Origin: an uncultured virus (IMG/VR IMGVR_UViG_3300020414_001760)
Taxonomy: Duplodnaviria > Heunggongvirae > Uroviricota > Caudoviricetes
Strand: one strand, 5' to 3'
IMG/VR virus record: IMGVR_UViG_3300020414_001760
DNA: 64,000 nucleotides
Both the position numbers and the translations under genes were made by a program. Of the stretch, positions 18,488 to 27,092 are shown piece after piece. How positions within the stretch are numbered: the first letter of the stretch is position 1; each line of letters opens with the position of its first letter. The notes under the pieces are model-generated. The model was not told the DNA's origin. It did no database searches and saw nothing but the letters and a program-made list of their open reading frames with translations.

Positions 18488-21400
18488 TTATAGTTGTGCT
18501 ATTTCACCTGTATTTTTGAGTCTCAACGGAATGTATATAAACTCAACTGCTTTAACCGGCTCAATCGCTATATCTAGGTAAAGTTCATTTCTATCAATTC
18601 TAGATGGTGTGTTGTTACTTTCATCACACACTACTAAGAAGTCATATAATGCTCTTTGTCCTACTAGTTCTAGCATTAAGCTATCTGCTTGAGCTTTGAT
18701 TTCATCTCTTGTGATTTTATCATTTGGCTCAAAGATGTAAGGTTTAGCAAGTTTATCTAACTGTCCTCTTAGGTAAATTACTAGTCTAGCAACGTTAATT
18801 CTATCTAACGCACTAGCATTTTTGGCTCTAGTTTTTTGACCGTAGTTGACAAGTCCCGCACCTGTTAAGAACGTAATCGGGTTAATTTTATTGCTGTACA
18901 ATGTGTCACGTTGTCCAGTGTTTAAAGCTACTGCTTTAAATTCACCTTCTGCATCAATGTAACCTGCACTTGAGGCGTTAGTAATTCCACCACGTCTTGT
19001 TCCTGCTGGAGCAAACCATGGAAACGAAACACTATCGCTTAATGCTATTGTTCTAAGTATACCATGCGATGCTGGAACAACAATGTTTTTACCTGCATTA
19101 TCACTTGTGAATAAGCTAGGATAAAAAGTTCCCATATACTCATCACTTGTTACTAATCCATCATCGTTATCTTCAACTGCAAGGTTTACGTTAGTTGCAT
19201 AGTTGTTAATTGTAGTTGCATCAGCAGTTAATCTAAATGGTAAGTCACCAACAACAAATGCTGTTAAGCCTCTGTCTGTGTTTAGTGTAACCATTTCACC
19301 AATTAACTCTGAGTAACCTGGGCAAGCCATTAAGTTAAAGATTCTTGATTGATCGTCTCTAATGTCTTGGTTGCTGTTAACCATTGATTGTAATGCTTGG
19401 ATAACAACTTTACGTTGAGCTTTTCTACCAAATGAACCTGAACCGTTTGCCTGGTTAGCTGATTCTGTTACCCATCTGTGAGCATAGTAACCACTCATTG
19501 ACTCACCTGCGCCACTTCCAAATCTTAGGTTGTTGCCTGATGTGTCAACATGGTTTCTAACAAATTTCTTAACGTTAAATCCAGAACGTCTTAAGTTCCA
19601 AAGCAACATACCTTTTGGATATAATGCTGGATCTGGAGCGTCTGTGTCTAAGAAGTTTGAACTTAATAGTGCTTCAATTGAACCTGCTGTTGCACTATTT
19701 GCCCCTGCTGTGTTGTATCTTGCATCAGCAAATAAAATACCATCTTCAGTAGTTTGATCACCGTTATCAACAAGTACCCACTTTAAAGTAGTTGCGTTGT
19801 ACTTGTAAATCTTAGGATAGTTTTCTAAGTCTGCTGTTGAAATCCATAAGTCACCATTTTTAAGTGCAGTATTGTCTGACTGTAAAGTTGGCTCTGTAGC
19901 ACTTACGATTGGACCTTTTGGATCTGTTTTATCTCCACTTGCCGCCGCAAAGAACGGAGCAGTTGAATCTTGATAACCTACCCAAGTAGTACCATTGTGT
20001 ATCATAATGTCTACTTCGTCAACAACTGAACTGTACCATAAAGTTTTGTCAGCTGTTAAAGCCGTTACTGCTGTTGCACTTGCAGTATAAGTTAATACCT
20101 GCCAGTTACTTGCAACAAAGTCATTTGCAGTATCACCTGTTGGTGCTGTGTATAAGTTTGGTGTTCCTGAGTTTGCATCAACGTAAGCAGAGTATCCTGC
20201 TAATGCTAATACGCCACCTGTGTCTTTAATTCTAAAGTCACCACCGTCGTTGTGTGCAATAACAATTCTGTTACTTGCATCAACACTTGCACTTACGTTT
20301 GTAAAGCCTGCACTATTAATAGCACCTGCAATAACGTCTGCGTCACTTGAAGCACCAGTAGTTGTTACACTAATAGTTACTGCTGAACCTAAAGAAGCAC
20401 TATTAACTAATGTTTCTTGAATGTTAAATGCGTATGTTCCTGCTGTAACCTGTGCATCAATAATGCTTGAAGTAATTGTAGTGTTACCTGTTGCAACACG
20501 TCTGTGGATTTTAAAGTCACCGATCATGTCTGACTCTTCTGCATTATTATAGTTAATGTAAAGAGCACCTACTGCCAAGTTAGCACCGCCACCAGTTTTA
20601 TCTAAACCGTATAACGCCGCTTGGTTAGTTGCGTAGATTGGTGCCGCTGTAGTTTCCCACAACTGAGTTGTGTTGTTCCATTTTTTAACGGCCCATTTAG
20701 CACCTAAGTTTGGCTCTGTAGTTTTAATCCATAAAGAACCAGTTGGTCTTGGTGCAGTATCAGTTGACTTGTATTCTGGAACTGATGTATGTGGAGCAAT
20801 TGATAAAGCCGGTGCTTTGTAAGTACCTGCTGTTAAACCAATCTCTGTTAATAGTGTAGAAGCATTCGCCGCCAACACTATGTCAGCACCAGTTGAATAA
20901 ATTTCTAATTTACCATCAACAACTGCTGAACTAACACCACTAATTCCAGCCGCTGTAATTCCTGCAACTACATCTGAAAGTGCAGTACCACCTGAAGTTA
21001 CAACTGAACCGTTAATGCTCATTGTAGCCGCGTTAGTGATAGTTGGATTACTTTCAGTTCCTGTTACAGTTGCCCATGAATTAATCCATGCACTTGAACC
21101 TACTTGTACCCAAGCACCTGCTGAGTTTTTGTAGTAAAATTTGTTTAGTGTTGTTGTAGCAACAATGGCATAGTCACCTACTGCGCCAACAGAAGTTTTA
21201 GGTACGCCGCCAGTTACTTTAGTTGTATCTGTTATTACATGAGGGATTTTGTTGCTAAAGCTCTGTCCACCAGTTACAGTTGCCGCCGCTGAATTCCACT
21301 CAAAGATTCCAAAAACACTATTTGCTGTATCAAACCAGTAAGTTCCGTCTGCTGGGTTTGCCGCTGGAGCAGTTGCAGTTGCAACCAACTCTGAAGTGTT

Positions 21401-21742
21401 TAAATCTGCTCTTACTACGTAAGCTCTGTTTGCCACTCCTAAATATGAGTAAGCCGCTTGTAAACCGTATTCGTTTAATTCGTTTCCGTGTAAAGCATTG
21501 TTGTTAGAATCTGTATAGAATGTTGGATCTCCAAACAATTCTGTTAATTCTCTTTGTGAAGTTACCAAGTATGGTACTCCTGCATTTTTACTTTGTGTTC
21601 CTGTTGCTGTGCCTGTGCCCGAAGCGTTCTTTTTGTCTTGAGCTGATACACAGAAAATCATTGGTACTGTACCTGGTTCCGCTGGTGTGTAAAAACTTTC
21701 GTCTATTACGGATACCTGTACTCCTGGTGATGTTAAAGCCAT
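18488..21742 (-). CDS. gp18: Tail sheath protein gp18-like, with large insertions
   Basis: SPGVQVSVIDES N-terminus, WFAPAGTRRG, RDTLYSNKINPI, ALDRINVARL, CDESNNTP, PVKAVEFIYI. Confidence 0.95.
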   Translation of the reverse strand: MALTSPGVQVSVIDESFYTPAEPGTVPMIFCVSAQDKKNASGTGTATGTQSKNAGVPYLVTSQRELTELFGDPTFYTDSNNNALHGNELNEYGLQAAYSYLGVANRAYVVRADLNTSELVATATAPAANPADGTYWFDTANSVFGIFEWNSAAATVTGGQSFSNKIPHVITDTTKVTGGVPKTSVGAVGDYAIVATTTLNKFYYKNSAGAWVQVGSSAWINSWATVTGTESNPTITNAATMSINGSVVTSGGTALSDVVAGITAAGISGVSSAVVDGKLEIYSTGADIVLAANASTLLTEIGLTAGTYKAPALSIAPHTSVPEYKSTDTAPRPTGSLWIKTTEPNLGAKWAVKKWNNTTQLWETTAAPIYATNQAALYGLDKTGGGANLAVGALYINYNNAEESDMIGDFKIHRRVATGNTTITSSIIDAQVTAGTYAFNIQETLVNSASLGSAVTISVTTTGASSDADVIAGAINSAGFTNVSASVDASNRIVIAHNDGGDFRIKDTGGVLALAGYSAYVDANSGTPNLYTAPTGDTANDFVASNWQVLTYTASATAVTALTADKTLWYSSVVDEVDIMIHNGTTWVGYQDSTAPFFAAASGDKTDPKGPIVSATEPTLQSDNTALKNGDLWISTADLENYPKIYKYNATTLKWVLVDNGDQTTEDGILFADARYNTAGANSATAGSIEALLSSNFLDTDAPDPALYPKGMLLWNLRRSGFNVKKFVRNHVDTSGNNLRFGSGAGESMSGYYAHRWVTESANQANGSGSFGRKAQRKVVIQALQSMVNSNQDIRDDQSRIFNLMACPGYSELIGEMVTLNTDRGLTAFVVGDLPFRLTADATTINNYATNVNLAVEDNDDGLVTSDEYMGTFYPSLFTSDNAGKNIVVPASHGILRTIALSDSVSFPWFAPAGTRRGGITNASSAGYIDAEGEFKAVALNTGQRDTLYSNKINPITFLTGAGLVNYGQKTRAKNASALDRINVARLVIYLRGQLDKLAKPYIFEPNDKITRDEIKAQADSLMLELVGQRALYDFLVVCDESNNTPSRIDRNELYLDIAIEPVKAVEFIYIPLRLKNTGEIAQL

Positions 21743-21770
21743 TTTAGTTCTCCTGTTAGCATATTACAAG

Positions 21771-21778
21771 TATTTATA
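21771..21778 (-). promoter_or_regulatory. Late promoter TATAAATA for the sheath gene
   Basis: Exact T4 consensus followed by a leader containing AGGAG. Confidence 0.75.
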
Positions 21779-21846
21779 CCAAAACGCATAAACCTAGGCT
21801 ATAACTACCCAGAAAAAGGGGTCAAAAAGGGCAGGTAAATAACAAT

Positions 21847-22185
21847 ATGAGACCTTTATGTGAATGTGGACAAAAGCCTGTGGCTATAAACTACTATAAG
21901 AAGGGTAAACCTTTCTATAGAAGCAAATGTGAGTCATGCACCAGGCATGGCAAGCCTCGTGTTTCACATTCCAAGTACAAACAGTCAGGCTATACCAAAA
22001 AGAACGAATGTGATAAGTGTGGATACAAAAGCAAACACAAAGAGCAATTCTCAGTTTACTATGTTGACGGTGATATGAACAACATAAGATTCAGTAACTT
22101 AAAAACTGTATGTGCTAACTGTAGTAAGATTATGTATAAGGAAGGGTTTAAGTGGAAACAAGGAGATCTTGTACCTGATCTGTAA
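21847..22185 (+). CDS. Zinc-finger protein with a degenerate HNH-like motif
   Basis: CxC and three CxxC motifs; VYYVDGDMNNIRFSNLKTVCANC; GGTAAATA motif 5 nt before the ATG. Confidence 0.6.
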   Translation: MRPLCECGQKPVAINYYKKGKPFYRSKCESCTRHGKPRVSHSKYKQSGYTKKNECDKCGYKSKHKEQFSVYYVDGDMNNIRFSNLKTVCANCSKIMYKEGFKWKQGDLVPDL

Positions 22186-22741
22186 GATCACTAACCGTCT
22201 TATTATTTTCAACAATGTGTGTGAATTTTGTCTGTGCCCAAGCCCATTCGCTAGGGTGTACTTCTTTGGGCTCTACACCAAAGTCTTTAAAGTCCGTAAA
22301 CCACTGTGGATCTTCCCCACGTACAACTCTCCATACTTGACCATTTACTTCATATAGCATTTTAGCTTCGTTTGGAAAACGTACATCTGGAATAACAAAG
22401 TTCTTGTCTGGATTATCTAGTATCTTCTTTTTGGTTAAGCTAACCCATATACCATCGTAAAAGCCATCACGCATACACTCAGTACCAAATAGTTGTAGCA
22501 CTAGTCTAGGCGTAATGGTTTCACCGGTCTCTTTAGACCAATATTCATCAACTTCTTCTCTCCAGGCTCTGCTCTCGTCCGTTTTGCCATCTAGTAGCTC
22601 ACGATCCCAATCAAACATAACACTCACAGAGTCTTTAAGTTTGTCAGCAAAGCTGATCTTTTCAAAATCATGTTTTCTAATCAAATAATCAGCAATAGTG
22701 TCTTTACCCGATCCAATTAGTCCGCAGATTCCTACGATCAT
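22148..22741 (-). CDS. gp1: Deoxynucleoside monophosphate kinase, T4 gp1-like
   Basis: GLIGSGKDT, SFADKLK, TPRLVLQLFGTE, IPDVRFPNE and HPSE motifs. Confidence 0.92.
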   Translation of the reverse strand: MIVGICGLIGSGKDTIADYLIRKHDFEKISFADKLKDSVSVMFDWDRELLDGKTDESRAWREEVDEYWSKETGETITPRLVLQLFGTECMRDGFYDGIWVSLTKKKILDNPDKNFVIPDVRFPNEAKMLYEVNGQVWRVVRGEDPQWFTDFKDFGVEPKEVHPSEWAWAQTKFTHIVENNKTVSDLTDQVQDLLVST

Positions 22742-22744
22742 AGT

Positions 22745-22942
22745 TTAGTCCTCAAGTTGTTTACAAGTTTCTTTGTTTGCGTTTAAGCCTTCATCTTTTG
22801 AATAAAGCCAAACGTATGAATAATTTATTTGTCCATCTTTAGTTACTGCACATTTTTTACCAAACGCAACTTGCGGTTTGTCTAAATGACCACTACAAGC
22901 AGTCATGAACATTAACGTTAAGAGTGTAAGAAAGACTTTCAT
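22745..22942 (-). CDS. Small lipoprotein
   Basis: MK, hydrophobic core, lipobox MTAC; AAGGA RBS and own sigma70 promoter. Confidence 0.7.
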   Translation of the reverse strand: MKVFLTLLTLMFMTACSGHLDKPQVAFGKKCAVTKDGQINYSYVWLYSKDEGLNANKETCKQLED

Positions 22943-22977
22943 ATACCAAAGTTCCTTTCGTTAGTATTAATAGTATT

Positions 22978-23006
22978 ATGTTACTATAGATTTATCTGAA
23001 AGTCAA
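22978..23006 (-). promoter_or_regulatory. Sigma70-type promoter TTGACT-N17-TAACAT
   Basis: Same CTTGACTT -35 context as the promoters at 623-651 and 9887-9915. Confidence 0.65.
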
Positions 23007-23013
23007 GCTCTTA

Positions 23014-23772
23014 TTAGCCAATTGTGAAACCGTAGCCAACACCACCTGCAACCTGAGTTTTGAGTTCTTCTTCAAGTTTTTCCATTTCAGCGACTGCTTC
23101 GTTTTTGAGTGCGTCACCATTTAGTGTTGATCCACCTTGTGGGCCTGCTATAGTGGCAAATTTGCTTCTTGCTTCTCCAAGCATATACTTACAAGTAGCA
23201 AGTGCATAATCTTTGATCCATTGTACAGCTAGGTAATCTTTTAATAATTCTGAATCAGGTCTATAGTTGTAGCAGTAAAGTAATAATTCCTCTTCTGCTC
23301 TAGGACGTTGCAATATAACTAATTCTTTTGTAGTAGTGTTCCATTTGAATTCAATAAATGAACCAAACATTCTTCCTACTAATTCTTGGTACTGACTGAA
23401 CATATCATAAGTTGCTAGTCCGCCCATGTTAGTACTTGCTAAAAGATATGTGTTCGTATAAGCAAGGTTGAATGGTTCAAACAATGTACCACCGTCTCCA
23501 CCGCCTGAACGTGATCCAATTGAACGTCTAAATATTCTTCTTACTTCAACTATTTCTTGAGGTAGAATATATGTGTTCTGATCTATAATCGTTGGAAGGA
23601 ATATATAAGACTCTTCCACAGAATTATCTGATCTTTGTCTAAATTTAGTTAGTGCTTTTTTCAATGCTGTTTCGTAGTGACCTGGGTCAAGCTCTACGTC
23701 CACCATTCCACCACCTAAACTTAGGTTAATGTAATCAAATACTTCTTGTTTCTGTGTTGTTAAATCTGCCAT
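23014..23772 (-). CDS. gp13: Neck protein gp13-like (head-tail adaptor)
   Basis: LGGGMVDVEL, WIKDYALA, LGEARSKF and GGSTLNG motifs. Confidence 0.8.
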   Translation of the reverse strand: MADLTTQKQEVFDYINLSLGGGMVDVELDPGHYETALKKALTKFRQRSDNSVEESYIFLPTIIDQNTYILPQEIVEVRRIFRRSIGSRSGGGDGGTLFEPFNLAYTNTYLLASTNMGGLATYDMFSQYQELVGRMFGSFIEFKWNTTTKELVILQRPRAEEELLLYCYNYRPDSELLKDYLAVQWIKDYALATCKYMLGEARSKFATIAGPQGGSTLNGDALKNEAVAEMEKLEEELKTQVAGGVGYGFTIG

Positions 23773-23791
23773 AATCTTTCGTCTCCATATG

Positions 23792-23812
23792 TATTTATAC
23801 GTTCGATAAATA
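23792..23812. promoter_or_regulatory. Back-to-back divergent late promoters
   Basis: TATAAATA on the minus strand (23799-23792) and GATAAATA on the plus strand (23805-23812), 5 bp apart. Confidence 0.7.
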
Positions 23813-23820
23813 CTAATGTT

Positions 23821-24978
23821 ATGCCAAGACTCAGTTTATACAAACCCGAAAAGGGCAAAGATTACGATTTCCTAGATAAAACCATCACGGAAATGTTCAC
23901 AGTAGGTGGTACAGACGTATTTGTCCATAAGTATTTAGGCCCTCAGAATCCTGATGAAGCCGATGCAACTCCGGCCCAGCCTAGGTACAATGCTGTAAAG
24001 GAAACTAATATACAAGATATGCTATTCCTTGAAAATAGGGATAGAAAGTATGATCCAGACATATACGTAATACGTGGTATTTACAATGTTGGTGATATTG
24101 ACTTTGATATGAGTCAATTTGGATTGTTCTTACAGAATGATATATTGTTTATGACAATACCTATCAACTATAGTGTAAAAACACTTGGACGTAAGATTAT
24201 GCCAGGTGATGTAATAGAGCTACCACACTTAAAAGACGAGTATGCTCTTAATGATTATCAAGTAGCACTAAAACGTTTTTATGTAGTTGAAGATGTAAAC
24301 AGAGCGGCAGAAGGATTTTCACAAAGTTGGTATCCACACTTATACAGAGTCAAAATGAAACAAATTGTTGACTCACAAGAATTCAAAGAAATACTTGATT
24401 TACCAGCAGAAGAAGGAAGTACAAATACATTACGTGATGTACTTTCTACATACGAAAAAGAAATGCAAATTAATAATGCCGTTGTTGCTCAAGCAGAAGC
24501 AGACGCAGGTAAGTCAGGATACGAAACACAACAACTTTATACTTTACAAGTTGATAAGTCAGGTAAACCTGAGATGGTTACAACTGACATAAACACCTTA
24601 GATATTTCACAACAAAGTTTACTTGCAGATAGAGTTAACCAAACACCAGAAAGATCAGGCTATGATGGTTACTTGTTAGGTGATGGTATTGCACCAAATG
24701 GTGAAGCATTTGGTCATGGATCAAGTTTTCCACTTAACCAAATTAAAGGTGATTACTTTTTAAGAACAGACTTTATGCCAAATAGATTATTTAGGTTTGA
24801 CGGACAACGTTGGACTAAGATGGAAGATAGTGTAAGAGTTAATATGTCTAACACTGATACTAAGAATACACAAAAAGGTACATTTATTAATAACACAACA
24901 ACAAGCAACATTGGTGGAGAAACTGTCAAAGAAAGACAACCTGTCAGTAAAGCATTAAAGCCAAGGAGCGATAATTAA
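23821..24978 (+). CDS. gp14: Neck protein gp14-like (head closure)
   Basis: LFLENRDRKY, DMSQFGLFL and PGDVIELPHL motifs; lies between gp13 and gp15. Confidence 0.7.
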   Translation: MPRLSLYKPEKGKDYDFLDKTITEMFTVGGTDVFVHKYLGPQNPDEADATPAQPRYNAVKETNIQDMLFLENRDRKYDPDIYVIRGIYNVGDIDFDMSQFGLFLQNDILFMTIPINYSVKTLGRKIMPGDVIELPHLKDEYALNDYQVALKRFYVVEDVNRAAEGFSQSWYPHLYRVKMKQIVDSQEFKEILDLPAEEGSTNTLRDVLSTYEKEMQINNAVVAQAEADAGKSGYETQQLYTLQVDKSGKPEMVTTDINTLDISQQSLLADRVNQTPERSGYDGYLLGDGIAPNGEAFGHGSSFPLNQIKGDYFLRTDFMPNRLFRFDGQRWTKMEDSVRVNMSNTDTKNTQKGTFINNTTTSNIGGETVKERQPVSKALKPRSDN

Positions 24979-25187
24979 TGAATAAAATTAGACATAACAT
25001 GGCAGGATTTATATTTGCAATTTTAGGATTGTATTTTTTAGTGTTAGATGTAACTGCACATCATCATGGACACGGGGGCAACACATTACTTGGCGTTGGT
25101 GAAATGACATGGATGTGGTTCACAATGGCAGTTGTACATTTCTTTTTAAATGATTGTCAATGTAGTCAATGCAAAGGTAAAGAATAA
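24978..25187 (+). CDS. Small two-TM membrane protein with His-rich loop and CxCxxC tail
   Basis: Two hydrophobic segments, AHHHGHGG, CQCSQC; TAATG overlaps at both ends. Confidence 0.65.
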   Translation: MNKIRHNMAGFIFAILGLYFLVLDVTAHHHGHGGNTLLGVGEMTWMWFTMAVVHFFLNDCQCSQCKGKE

Positions 25188-26641
25188 TGCAACATTTTTA
25201 TGACGGACAGATAAGAAGATACATTACGCAGATTATTCGCTTAATGAGTAACTTCTCTTATGCTGACGGTAAAGGTGCGTTAGTACAAGTTCCTGTTATG
25301 TATGGTGACATTACTAGACAAGTAGGACATTTAATTAGAGATAATTCAGAAAATAAAATTCCAAGTGCTCCTCGTATAGGTATACACGTTACTGGTATGG
25401 AGATGGATAGAACAAGAACTGCTGACTCTACGTACACAGGTAAGATACATTTAAGAGAACGTGAATATGATAGTGCAGGTAAGGAATATTTAAACACACA
25501 AGGTAAGAATTATACAGTAGAACGTTTAATGCCTACACCTTATACTTTACAACTATCAGCAGACATTTGGTCAACAAACACAGAACAAAAATTACAAATT
25601 ATGGAACAGATACTCATGCTGTTTAATCCAAGTTTAGAAATACAAACCACAGACAACTATGTGGACTGGACTTCTTTGTCAGTTGTTAATTTAGAAAACA
25701 TTAACTTTAGTTCAAGAAGTATTCCTGTAGGAACTGAATCAGACATTGACGTTGCAACACTAGGATTTAGTACACCAATTTATATTAGTCCACCTGCTAA
25801 AGTTAAAAAGCTAGGTGTTATAACAAATGTTATAATGAGTATATTTGATGAAAGCAAAGGTACTATTGATCTAAGTAACAGTATGCCTGAACTACAAGCA
25901 AACGATGATAGTTATGCTAACACTACGAAAGGTTCTGATACTAGCACAGTAAGTAAACCTGGTATGGGTAAATCAAGCAAGTCTACTGCACACTTGGCAG
26001 TTTCAACTGCGTCTGGTTATGATGCAATAGTAATTAACAATGTTGTACAACTTGGTAAGAATGGTGTATCAGGTGACATACAATGGAGTACAGTATTAGA
26101 TGCAGAACCAGGTATGTATAGAGCTTCATTAAGTAAAATTTATTTAGACAGAGAAGGATTTACTGCACCAGTGGTAGGAACTTTTGCTGTAAACAGCTTA
26201 GACGAAACACAAATTATAGTTAACTGGGACGAAGACACTATACCTACAAACACAGTTATAGTTGGTCCACAAACAACTAAAGGTACTATTGATTATATCA
26301 TAGATCCTTTAAAAACTAATCCAACAAATATCAAAGGCGATGGTATTAGAGTACTGTTGTTAGGAGATGTAGGTTCTAAAGAAAATGCTGATGGACCAGA
26401 TGCTTGGAAAGGTGCGGCTGGCGACCTAATAGCTAGTGAAAATGATATAATTGAGTGGGATGGAAACGATTGGAAAGTAGTTTTTGATGCTAGTGGTAAT
26501 AGCGGACAAGATTCAACAGTACCAGAAGTTACATACACAACCAATTTAAATACAGGTGTCCAATACAAATGGGACGGAGCAGAATGGATGCTTACGTTCG
26601 AAGGCGAGTATCGAAAAGGAACCTGGCGCCTAGTACTCTAG
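25187..26641 (+). CDS. gp15: Tail sheath stabiliser/terminator gp15-like with C-terminal extension
   Basis: HFYDGQIRRY, VPVMYG, MPTPY and QIMEQILMLFNP motifs. Confidence 0.78.
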   Translation: MQHFYDGQIRRYITQIIRLMSNFSYADGKGALVQVPVMYGDITRQVGHLIRDNSENKIPSAPRIGIHVTGMEMDRTRTADSTYTGKIHLREREYDSAGKEYLNTQGKNYTVERLMPTPYTLQLSADIWSTNTEQKLQIMEQILMLFNPSLEIQTTDNYVDWTSLSVVNLENINFSSRSIPVGTESDIDVATLGFSTPIYISPPAKVKKLGVITNVIMSIFDESKGTIDLSNSMPELQANDDSYANTTKGSDTSTVSKPGMGKSSKSTAHLAVSTASGYDAIVINNVVQLGKNGVSGDIQWSTVLDAEPGMYRASLSKIYLDREGFTAPVVGTFAVNSLDETQIIVNWDEDTIPTNTVIVGPQTTKGTIDYIIDPLKTNPTNIKGDGIRVLLLGDVGSKENADGPDAWKGAAGDLIASENDIIEWDGNDWKVVFDASGNSGQDSTVPEVTYTTNLNTGVQYKWDGAEWMLTFEGEYRKGTWRLVL

Positions 26642-26649
26642 CATAATTA
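26642..26649 (+). promoter_or_regulatory. Possible late promoter variant CATAATTA, 5 nt before the ATG
   Basis: Reads CATAATTA-CTAGT-ATG, the same spacer as before the 13711 and 17720 starts. Confidence 0.45.
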
Positions 26650-26654
26650 CTAGT

Positions 26655-27092
26655 ATGAGCAAGATTATTTGTAGTGGTGCCCTCTTCTATACACTAGATA
26701 CACAAAGATTTTTATTTCTGCATAGAACACAAAGCAGACAATCAGATGTTTGGGGTTTAGTAGGTGGAACTAATGAATCGGAAGAAATTCCGTATAAAGC
26801 ATTACTGAGAGAAATAAAAGAAGAAGTAGGCGACACACCCGAAATAATCAAATCAATTCCATTAGAAACTTTTGTAAGTAACGATGAAAAATTTAATTTT
26901 CATACTTACCTTTGTGTTATAAAAGATGAATTTATTCCACAACTAAATGGCGAACATAATGGATATGCTTGGGTAAGTTTTGGTAACTGGCCAAAGCCAT
27001 TACACCAAGGATTGCGTAATACATTACAAAGCAAATCAAACTTAACAAAATTACAAACAGTATTTCAACTAGTATCTTTAATGGAGAAGTAA
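26655..27092 (+). CDS. Nudix hydrolase
   Basis: Canonical Nudix box G-TNESE-E-IPYKALL-REIKEEVG. Confidence 0.9.
   Translation: MSKIICSGALFYTLDTQRFLFLHRTQSRQSDVWGLVGGTNESEEIPYKALLREIKEEVGDTPEIIKSIPLETFVSNDEKFNFHTYLCVIKDEFIPQLNGEHNGYAWVSFGNWPKPLHQGLRNTLQSKSNLTKLQTVFQLVSLMEK

Noticed and set aside
22745..22942. o-spanin
   Set aside because: No adjacent i-spanin or endolysin, not Pro-rich, and preceded by an early-type promoter.
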